DNA of 64,000 nucleotides from an uncultured virus (IMG/VR IMGVR_UViG_3300011693_000001) (taxonomy: Duplodnaviria; Heunggongvirae; Uroviricota; Caudoviricetes): positions 186,001-250,000 of the IMG/VR virus record IMGVR_UViG_3300011693_000001; one strand, 5' to 3'. The notes under the pieces are model-generated. The model was not told the origin of the DNA. It saw only the letters and a program-made list of their open reading frames with translations, and did not search any database. Position numbers and translations under genes: made by a program. The stretch's first letter is position 1; the number at the start of each line of letters is the position of its first letter. Of the stretch, positions 16,831 through 24,823 are shown piece by piece.

Positions 16831-19800
16831 CTACTTAAAACCACTCGGTAAGATACAGGACTGCGTAGCACTATCGTAAGTGCCTCCAAGATAAGCGCAA
16901 TCCTCCTTCTGAGCACCACGGGCAATCATCATCCGTAAAGATGCATAACCTGAGCTAGTTTTAACATCATAACCAGCTCTCTGTGCTTCACCTAACCAGA
17001 ATACCGCTGCGCCTTCATCTGGAAGGCGACCGAATAGTTCCTGATAAATAGAGCAAATCTCAGGATCATCCGTGCAGGCTGGCGGGGGTGTTGGAGTAGG
17101 TGCCGGATTAGGCTTTCCCTCAATTTCACCAATTGCGTTAGCTTGCCCTTTCCAATCAGCGCCACGTGTAACCATTATCACGGAACCGTTAAAGGAAATA
17201 GACATACCTACATAACTAGGCGTGCAGTTCGGCACGTTACTGTAACGTAGGATTAAATTACGTAATCCTGCTTCCACATTGATAGTGTGAGTACGCACAG
17301 CGCCAATCGTACCAGTAGCAACCTTTTTACAGTCAATGTACAGTTCGTAATCATCATCCACAAGAAGACTAAACACATGTGGGCCTGAATTTGCGAAATT
17401 GAAATCACGCATCATCAAGTACATAGTGTTGCCTTTCGCACAGTTGAAATCAGACTGTACGTAAAGCAGGTAACTGCCGTTAGGGCCACCGGCTCGTTCG
17501 TAAACGGGAGCTGTTGGATTCTGGCGACATAATGCACTGTCATCATTGATAATAGTGCCTGTGCCAGAGGCTTTACCTAAGTCACCGCCTTTCGGATTGC
17601 TCAATACTAACTGTAGCGTTTCATCAGGTTCTGAATCATCATCGCCTACAACATCCACACAAACTGTTTTCGAAGTTTCACCCGGAGCGAAAGTAACCGT
17701 ACCGGCAGTAGGCTTGAAGTCACCTTTCACAATGTTAACGCGAATACCACCCTCTGAACCTCCTGCTGGAATAATCTTACCATCGAGTCCATCCCAAACT
17801 GGATGATCGCCATGCTTGGTAATCATCGCTGATACACCGACAGGGCTACGATCAACGGAAGCATAGAATTCAGCGTTGAAGTTTTTCGCAATCGGATTAA
17901 CCGATCCTTGGAAAACGTCATGGTCAGTAATCAGCATCAAGCCGCCACCTTCTTTCACATACTGCGAAATGTTGGTGACAGAGGCAGGGGTGAAATGGTT
18001 AGCGCTATCTGACTGCGAACCTATCATTACAATAGCTGCATACTGCTTCAAGTCAGACAAAGGTAATGCACTTGCAGCATTCCACAGAGGCACACTGTAG
18101 ATATCAGTAACAACAGTCGTATATCCAAGCGACTGGATGGCCTTTGGTACACCAATGCCAAAACCGGATGCAGCATTATCCAGCGAGTAAACTTGACCGG
18201 TAGGTTTGTCACTGATGATCAAAACTTTCTTCGGCGCCGGTTTGCTTGGATCAGCAATCCATTTCACTGCGTTCTTCAGATAAGTAAACTGCGGAGCCAT
18301 ACCAATACCTTCAAAGAGGATATCCTTGAAGTAGGCATTGTTCTGCGATTGCGCACAGAAGCCCCACTTTGTCGTACCTTTGAATCGCGTGAAATTCGCA
18401 TTGGAATTCAAATCAACTTCCAATACAGAGTTAGCTGCAATTGCCGTAGAGTTGAACGGTGAACAATAAACACGAATGCGATTACCTTCACGCTCAACAC
18501 GAACACGGGAATAACGACCAGACCAACCGCCACTGTTACTGCCGACTGCTTTACCTTGAATGTGAGTGGTAGGAGTACCGTTCACAAGATAAAACAAGTT
18601 CCAGTTACCACTCCCACTGTAGACAGAACCACCCTGCTGACGCATAGCGACAATAGCATGGTTAGTGGAACCTTCGCGCTCGAAAGCCACAATAACACCG
18701 ATCTGATCATCATCACCATCGGAAGAACCAATGGTACATTCGTAGGTGTAAGTGTCCCACTCTGTCGGACTCAGGAAACCAATGTAGGTGCTACTATTAA
18801 CAGTGCTTCGAATCGAAGAATCACTTGTCGAATAGCTCCACGCTTTAGCTTCACTACCAGAAGGAGTAGCCGCATTATCTACGAAGAAATCACCATTCGA
18901 TGTACGGTTCCAAGTGTTGAATACCGTATCAGTAGTAGGTGCAGCGAGTGGTTCAATCCAGTTGGTGTTATAGAACTTAGGGAAACCGCCGTCCATCACC
19001 AACCGACCTGTGCTCGGATCATCTACAACCGCAATAAACGGTATGTCGAACTCATCTGTTGCCAGAATCTTCGCTTCTGCAATTACACCAGCCGCCGTAC
19101 CCGGAGCCGTAGAATAATCTACAGATACAGGAGAACCGGAAGCGCTAGACAATGTGATGGGGAAACACATCTGTTTCGTCTCGCCGTTATTCCCTTCACG
19201 TACACTCACATCGCCAGCGTTGATCTTTGGCGTCCCATTGGGACATTCAATGAGGAAACTCCACGATGTTTTGTTGTCCGGGCCGATAATACGAACGCGA
19301 AGCTGCGTACCATTTGCGGGATTGTAGTTGAAGCGCAGATAGTTTTCCCCAGCAACAGGGTTCGTTGTCGTGGCGATAAGCGTACCATTTTGGTAAACTT
19401 CACATTTATCTGGAATGTTCCACATTTGATAACGAACAGCCATCGGACCAGCGGGTTGACCATCAAGACTGAAGTAGGTGTCAGTAATACCAGCACCGCC
19501 TGAAGTAGTTGCAGATTCAGGACCGCAGGCTTTCGGGTACAACGTGCTACCTTTCTCATCAGGGCAAGTCATTATGTATGCCCACGATGTTGTACCGTCC
19601 ATAGAACTAATGCGAACAGTAATATCAGTGTCGTTACCTACCGGAGAGAAATTGAAAATCAAACGGCCTTCACCGGACACGTGCGTATTCGTAGAAGCAA
19701 TGATCTTCCCACGATAAACAATGTCCATACGATCAGGTTGATACCACATTTGATATTCGATAACTACTTCGCCGCCTTTACCCATAGTGTGCGTATTTTC

Positions 19801-20802
19801 ATGCACACCTGCACCACCACCATGAGTGGTAGGAGAAAAGCTACCACGGCAGGTTGCTGGGTTAGAGGGAGTTCCGTAATCATCAGTATCAGTGAGAGAA
19901 GGACATTCGAACATCACATCCCACACAGCACCTTTTTGTGCAGACACACGAACAAAGATACGACCGTCACCGCCAGCATTAGCTGCGTTGAATTCAAACT
20001 TTTTGACACCGCGTCCTTGAATCTTATCTTTACCGGTTGTTATCACACGGCGTCCACCGTGATAAACATTAATCGACGCTTTTGCACCACGAATGTTGTA
20101 GTGCATTTTAACAGTGCCGGAAACACTGCCAAGGTCGACGTAGAACTCAGTAACTTGATAACCGCGGCCGGAAATAGTTACAGGACATAGGTAAGGATTC
20201 TGCCAAGTGCCTTTACGCCCATCCGAACCATTACCGCCGCCACCGCCGCCTTCACCGCCGGAACCATCTTTGCCCGGATCGTAGGTTTCAACGTCACCGC
20301 TACTCGGATCAAGAATAACGAGATTACCGTCACCCGTATCGATGATATCAATGTCGGTATCACCGTAATCATTATCGCCTAGATCAATATCATAACCGTA
20401 ACCGGGAGCATAAGGTTTAGATGGATCGAACGTTACTCCATCGCCGCCATTATTAGTACCACCACCGCCGTTACCACCAGAGCCGCCGCCAGTTCCACCG
20501 CCAGTTCCACCGCCAGTTCCACCGCCAGTTCCACCGCCAGAGCCGTCACCAGTTCCGGGGCCGCTACCGTTCTCACCATTTCCATCTGGTGTGCCTCCGT
20601 ACTCATCAGGGCAACCTGAAGGATCATCTGTAGTACAACCGATTTGAATCCAATAGTTGTTACCACCATGCCGCGCGTACATACCTCGGGCCGGTAGTAA
20701 ACGATACCAACCCGTGTCCGATGCGTTGCGAACGTAAAACTCAGACTGACAGATATCGATCCATCTAGTGTTTTCTGTATCGCGTACTCTTAACCGGCCC
20801 AT
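16831..20802 (-). CDS. Large multidomain virion adhesin/fibre (Gly linker, three beta-sandwich repeats, split Calx-beta, lectin-like, GATase1-like, PA14-like)
   Basis: Repeats YQMW..PD...V...G..IA.T; Calx-beta halves VSVREG..VSVDYST..GTA and GTVTFAPGETSKTV..DDDSEPDETL; DDDQIG; VKEGGGL; VDDDYELYID. Confidence 0.8.
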   Translation of the reverse strand: MGRLRVRDTENTRWIDICQSEFYVRNASDTGWYRLLPARGMYARHGGNNYWIQIGCTTDDPSGCPDEYGGTPDGNGENGSGPGTGDGSGGGTGGGTGGGTGGGTGGGSGGNGGGGTNNGGDGVTFDPSKPYAPGYGYDIDLGDNDYGDTDIDIIDTGDGNLVILDPSSGDVETYDPGKDGSGGEGGGGGGNGSDGRKGTWQNPYLCPVTISGRGYQVTEFYVDLGSVSGTVKMHYNIRGAKASINVYHGGRRVITTGKDKIQGRGVKKFEFNAANAGGDGRIFVRVSAQKGAVWDVMFECPSLTDTDDYGTPSNPATCRGSFSPTTHGGGAGVHENTHTMGKGGEVVIEYQMWYQPDRMDIVYRGKIIASTNTHVSGEGRLIFNFSPVGNDTDITVRISSMDGTTSWAYIMTCPDEKGSTLYPKACGPESATTSGGAGITDTYFSLDGQPAGPMAVRYQMWNIPDKCEVYQNGTLIATTTNPVAGENYLRFNYNPANGTQLRVRIIGPDNKTSWSFLIECPNGTPKINAGDVSVREGNNGETKQMCFPITLSSASGSPVSVDYSTAPGTAAGVIAEAKILATDEFDIPFIAVVDDPSTGRLVMDGGFPKFYNTNWIEPLAAPTTDTVFNTWNRTSNGDFFVDNAATPSGSEAKAWSYSTSDSSIRSTVNSSTYIGFLSPTEWDTYTYECTIGSSDGDDDQIGVIVAFEREGSTNHAIVAMRQQGGSVYSGSGNWNLFYLVNGTPTTHIQGKAVGSNSGGWSGRYSRVRVEREGNRIRVYCSPFNSTAIAANSVLEVDLNSNANFTRFKGTTKWGFCAQSQNNAYFKDILFEGIGMAPQFTYLKNAVKWIADPSKPAPKKVLIISDKPTGQVYSLDNAASGFGIGVPKAIQSLGYTTVVTDIYSVPLWNAASALPLSDLKQYAAIVMIGSQSDSANHFTPASVTNISQYVKEGGGLMLITDHDVFQGSVNPIAKNFNAEFYASVDRSPVGVSAMITKHGDHPVWDGLDGKIIPAGGSEGGIRVNIVKGDFKPTAGTVTFAPGETSKTVCVDVVGDDDSEPDETLQLVLSNPKGGDLGKASGTGTIINDDSALCRQNPTAPVYERAGGPNGSYLLYVQSDFNCAKGNTMYLMMRDFNFANSGPHVFSLLVDDDYELYIDCKKVATGTIGAVRTHTINVEAGLRNLILRYSNVPNCTPSYVGMSISFNGSVIMVTRGADWKGQANAIGEIEGKPNPAPTPTPPPACTDDPEICSIYQELFGRLPDEGAAVFWLGEAQRAGYDVKTSSGYASLRMMIARGAQKEDCAYLGGTYDSATQSCILPSGFK
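20486..20533. repeat. 12-bp tandem repeat x4 (CCGCCAGTTCCA) encoding a GGGT linker
   Basis: Four exact copies read directly from the sequence. Confidence 0.9.
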
Positions 20803-20814
20803 TGTCCAGACCCT

Positions 20815-21108
20815 TTATGCAATGTTATCAAATACCCAATCAGGCACGTGTACTCGTCTCGGCCCAAAGCCTTCAGTGGTAAAGCCATCTGCTTCCCACT
20901 CTGAAAGTTCTCCGGGCCTTGTTGCGTACTCTGTGAAAATTTTCCCGTCCCGAACATCAACAACATTGTAGAGTTCTAAATCGGCTCTACTGGTTGTATA
21001 GCAGTCTCCAGCTTTTGGCACCCATACAGAATTCTGGTAATACTTAGCGGCCAGTGCATGTAGTTTTTGCATAGGGCTGAGACGAGTCGGGCGAGTTTTT
21101 ATTTTCAT
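20815..21108 (-). CDS. Hypothetical protein, 97 aa
   Basis: ORF with AAGGTG RBS. Confidence 0.7.
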   Translation of the reverse strand: MKIKTRPTRLSPMQKLHALAAKYYQNSVWVPKAGDCYTTSRADLELYNVVDVRDGKIFTEYATRPGELSEWEADGFTTEGFGPRRVHVPDWVFDNIA

Positions 21109-21139
21109 GGTACACCTTATGATGAAACGAGTTATTAGA

Positions 21140-21418
21140 TTAGTGCCGTGTCAAAGCAGCTAAAGTAACGCATAGGATTCTCGACTTTGATTTAAGAAAG
21201 TCTTCTAGCAAAACCCATTTATGATGCTTACCGACCACGACTGAAAAGAAACCGCATTTAATGTTCCAGCGTGGTTGTTTATCGAAATACCATTTGTGTA
21301 ACTCGAAGCCTAGCCACGTCATACCAATACAGATAAGGTAGACGTAAACAAAATGTACATTAACTTCAGCATTACCGCGAAAATCAAATGGTTCGCTGCG
21401 TTTAAATGCGATTTCCAT
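21140..21418 (-). CDS. Hypothetical membrane protein, 92 aa
   Basis: TAAGG RBS; hydrophobic segment VHFVYVYLICIGMTWLGF. Confidence 0.55.
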   Translation of the reverse strand: MEIAFKRSEPFDFRGNAEVNVHFVYVYLICIGMTWLGFELHKWYFDKQPRWNIKCGFFSVVVGKHHKWVLLEDFLKSKSRILCVTLAALTRH

Positions 21419-21425
21419 TTTCGTA

Positions 21426-22406
21426 CCTTATGGTTTAATCCACATCTGTTTATTTAAGATTTTCATAACCGTCTTCCAACCGATATTATAACCGTGTTTC
21501 CTAAGAAATTTTGCGAATGCCTGACTGAATGTTTCTTTACATCCGCCAGTCTTCTCGTAGTTACGATGAATAGACTCAACCACTTTCTTGGAAACGTCAT
21601 TGCGTTGTTGTGGCACTTCATCAGAGCGGATACCAGTTAGGTGTGACCAAGAAGCGCCTCTGAGTATCGAGCAGATAGTTGTCACACTGATATCTAAACC
21701 TTTCTCTGCAATGTACTGTCGAGCGAATGTCTTTGCTGGCAGAGATTGTTTCTCAAAGGCTTTGACTATCCTCACAACCTGTTTCTCTGTTAGCTTAACT
21801 TGGCTAGCCTGCATTCCAACCGCGACACCACCGTTACGCAGCATATCGTTGGCGTTATCCTCTTGATATCCCCAGCGGAGATTCTTTATGTGGTTGTTGG
21901 AAGGGTTATCATCCTTGTGTCTAGCTTGCTCGCCGGGTTTAGGAGGTCTATCGAAGTATGTTAATACTAGCCTATGGATAGAATATTTCCTGTTACCTTG
22001 GCCATCTTTTCTAGTAAGTCGAAAAGTCTTATAGCCGTCTTGGTTAGGTTTAATTTCCTTAAAGCTATTAGTAGAACAACTCCACAAGCGGCCATCTTTG
22101 TATAAAGCGTGCTTGATACCTTCCAGAGAAATATACTTCCAATCCTTACCCTCCTTTCCGGGAGGATCGATTCGAACGCATTTCAAACCTAGAACAACAT
22201 TGCGAGCGTAAACAACAGTCACACCGTAAGCGCGAGAAAGCGCGCTGTAAGAAGGGTATTTCTTTCCTTCCCAATCAGCGCGCATTCTTTCTGCTCTTTG
22301 GAACGATTCTTCTGCGGATAATCTTACTGGCATAATAAAGTCTCCTGCACCATACCAATAAATTATTATCTACAGATAACCATTAGGTTCCTTATGGTTT
22401 AATCCA
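21426..22406. mobile_element. HNH cassette bounded by a 17-bp direct repeat CCTTATGGTTTAATCCA
   Basis: Copies at 21426-21442 and 22390-22406. Confidence 0.7.
21428..22333 (-). CDS. Free-standing HNH homing endonuclease
   Basis: SIHRLVL..F......ARHKDDNPSNNHIKNLRWG...N; basic HTH-like flanks; AGGAG RBS. Confidence 0.9.
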   Translation of the reverse strand: MPVRLSAEESFQRAERMRADWEGKKYPSYSALSRAYGVTVVYARNVVLGLKCVRIDPPGKEGKDWKYISLEGIKHALYKDGRLWSCSTNSFKEIKPNQDGYKTFRLTRKDGQGNRKYSIHRLVLTYFDRPPKPGEQARHKDDNPSNNHIKNLRWGYQEDNANDMLRNGGVAVGMQASQVKLTEKQVVRIVKAFEKQSLPAKTFARQYIAEKGLDISVTTICSILRGASWSHLTGIRSDEVPQQRNDVSKKVVESIHRNYEKTGGCKETFSQAFAKFLRKHGYNIGWKTVMKILNKQMWIKP

Positions 22407-22895
22407 TAAACTGCCGGGGCCAGTAGCGCCGGGATCGTCAGTCTGAATATACACTTGTACTATGCCGTCATCGCCTTTCGGACCTGTAGGGCCAGTCGGA
22501 CCTGTTGGACCGATAGCGCCAGCGGGTCCGGTAGGACCGGCTACACCTTGACGACCGGGAGTACCGGGCGGTCCTTGGCAACCTGTTGGCCCGGTATCAC
22601 CATCACGCCCATCGATTCCGTTTCTACCGGATTCGCCTTGTGGGCCGGTAGGTCCAGTTGGCCCACGCCCAATACTGTTTGTAGTTAGAAAACCTGAGAT
22701 AGCAAGCTTTTCACCGGATTCCAATGTAAGAGTAACAGTACCAGTAGCATCGTCGTAAATACCACTGACAATACCACGCTTCTTATTATCTTCAATGTTT
22801 TCGACTACTACTTCTTTACCGTTGAATGTAACGTCGGAGTTTGGACTACCACGTGCATCCAACATTTTTAACGGAGTGCGTGTAAGACTCATCAA
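22392..22895 (-). CDS. Collagen-like fibre protein
   Basis: Gly-X-Y tract; N-terminus MSLTRTPL; C-terminus [12 protein letters not shown]. Confidence 0.85.
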   Translation of the reverse strand: MMSLTRTPLKMLDARGSPNSDVTFNGKEVVVENIEDNKKRGIVSGIYDDATGTVTLTLESGEKLAISGFLTTNSIGRGPTGPTGPQGESGRNGIDGRDGDTGPTGCQGPPGTPGRQGVAGPTGPAGAIGPTGPTGPTGPKGDDGIVQVYIQTDDPGATGPGSLWIKP

Positions 22896-22942
22896 AGCCT
22901 CCTATTATTTTGCCTGAAAGTATATTTGATCTAACTCAATCA

Positions 22943-23629
22943 CTATGGCCAGGGCGTGCCAACAGGTGGGTCGACTAAACCGCCGCCTGTTCCGCCGCCT
23001 GTTCCACCACCGCTAGAAACAGCATTAGGATTAACCCAAAGGCCACCAGCTCCGATAGAAGAACCGGGATCAGTAGTGGAAACAACAATGTTAACTTTCC
23101 CAGCAGGGCCGGGTTGACCGGGAGAACCAGCAGGGCCGGCTTCACCGCGCGGACCTGTTGGTCCTAAATTACCACGTGGACCTGTTGGACCGGTTGGACC
23201 TCGTTCACCTCTTGGACCTTGGCAACCTCTAATACCGGGAGGGCCGGGTAAACCATCACGTCCATCACGACCGGGTTCGCCCATTTTACCTTTCGGACCT
23301 TCTGGCCCTTCACAACCGGGCGCTCCCTTTTCGCCATCGCGTCCGTTTTTACCATCTTGTCCATCTTCACCGGGAAGACCTTGAGGACCAGTTGGACCAG
23401 CTGGTATTTTATCAGCGGTAGGAAAACCAGCAATTTTAAGCTGATCACCATTGGACATATAAAGAACGAGAATTCCCTGAAGTGGATCGTAATAACCACT
23501 ATCGACTTCTGAAACGCTCGATTCTTCAGGCTGCGTTGTTACAAGCTGTTGATCTTGAACGACCACATTGGTTGCATCACGCTCACCTTCCGCTCGAATC
23601 ATTTGTAGCGGAGTACGTGTTAGACTCAT
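22943..23629 (-). CDS. Collagen-like fibre protein
   Basis: Start reassigned to [10 protein letters not shown] (ATGA overlap); long Gly-X-Y tract. Confidence 0.85.
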   Translation of the reverse strand: MSLTRTPLQMIRAEGERDATNVVVQDQQLVTTQPEESSVSEVDSGYYDPLQGILVLYMSNGDQLKIAGFPTADKIPAGPTGPQGLPGEDGQDGKNGRDGEKGAPGCEGPEGPKGKMGEPGRDGRDGLPGPPGIRGCQGPRGERGPTGPTGPRGNLGPTGPRGEAGPAGSPGQPGPAGKVNIVVSTTDPGSSIGAGGLWVNPNAVSSGGGTGGGTGGGLVDPPVGTPWP

Positions 23630-24324
23630 TGCGGAATTCCCCACAACACAGTTAGATTATCTGGCACATTCGAAGATATAACAACGGAAGTTTTTAATGC
23701 AGCGCCTGTTGTGCCAGAGCCACCAGAAGTAGAAGCGCAAACAGGACCGGCAGGTCCACGTTCTCCTTCAAAACCTATGATACCCATAGCGCCCATAGCG
23801 CCAGTTTCACCACGCGGACCTTCGCATCCTTCGGGACCGCGCGCTCCTTGTTCACCTTCTTTACCATCTTTCCCCGGTTGACCTTGAGCGCCTTCTTCAC
23901 CTTTAGGCCCAGCGCAACCAATATCACCGGGATTGCCATCATCACCGTCTCTGCCGTTCCGCCCATTCTTTCCACGAATACCGCGCGGTCCTGTCGGGCC
24001 AATACCGAAATCAGAAAGTAGAGGAAAGCCTTCGATGTAAAACTCTTCGCCATTACGGCGTACAAGAATTAATGTCCCATTCTTGTAAGAAGCTTCGACA
24101 ATACGACGATCATTCTCATCCGTCATATTTGTATATCGAAGTGTATTGGATTGCGGATCACGCACAACTTTTTTGCCATCAGCGCCGTAAGCGCGAAGAA
24201 CTACCATTGCCGGATCAGTCAGGCTTTGTTTAGTTTCGCGCTTATTGGTATAGATGGTTTGACCGATGGGTACTGTAACGGACTCACCGGCACGTGCGGC
24301 TCGCAGACGTTCAGGGTCTGCCAT
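23626..24324 (-). CDS. Collagen-like fibre protein
   Basis: Gly-X-Y tract preceded by IEGF...GIGPTGP. Confidence 0.85.
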   Translation of the reverse strand: MADPERLRAARAGESVTVPIGQTIYTNKRETKQSLTDPAMVVLRAYGADGKKVVRDPQSNTLRYTNMTDENDRRIVEASYKNGTLILVRRNGEEFYIEGFPLLSDFGIGPTGPRGIRGKNGRNGRDGDDGNPGDIGCAGPKGEEGAQGQPGKDGKEGEQGARGPEGCEGPRGETGAMGAMGIIGFEGERGPAGPVCASTSGGSGTTGAALKTSVVISSNVPDNLTVLWGIPQ

Positions 24325-24823
24325 AAGCTGCTGCTACCTTGCGCATCAATTGTTTGCACATAGCGTTGTACTCTTCTTCGGATCGTACCAGAACCTTACA
24401 CATAAAATTACGAATATGTGACAGATTGCTTAGTGCGTCGTTCACAGCAAGGACAACGTTCTTCCATTCATATGTCGAAAGAGCGTGTAATTTGCCATTA
24501 AGATCATCATAGCAACGAAGTGAATTGTCTTCGCTAGCATAAGATATAAGTATAGGCAGATCGGATAAAGGAAACTTAATACAGTCCCCGTAGTTTATAT
24601 CCAACACTGTAGGCCGTGTTTCCGCATTAAGAGCATCGTTAAAGAGGCTCTGCCAGTAGGAAGATTTTGTTTCTTGCAGAAGATCGCCATTCCGATATAA
24701 CAGTTTAATGTCGGAGCGTAATAGAGCTTCTTCAACAGTCTCTCTTAGAGAATCCGGTAATTCAATACCGGTATTCTCATCGGAGATTCCTACGACTGTT
24801 TCATTGTCGACTAGGATGTACAT
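24311..24823 (-). CDS. Hypothetical protein, possible fibre chaperone
   Basis: Coupled to the upstream fibre gene. Confidence 0.65.
   Translation of the reverse strand: MYILVDNETVVGISDENTGIELPDSLRETVEEALLRSDIKLLYRNGDLLQETKSSYWQSLFNDALNAETRPTVLDINYGDCIKFPLSDLPILISYASEDNSLRCYDDLNGKLHALSTYEWKNVVLAVNDALSNLSHIRNFMCKVLVRSEEEYNAMCKQLMRKVAAAYGRP

Noticed and set aside
21428..22333. HNH N-terminus MPVRLSA as a member of the SLSA motif family; HNH as part of a group I intron
   Set aside because: Arg replaces the small residue, so likely chance. Flanking genes are complete and no intron core is visible.
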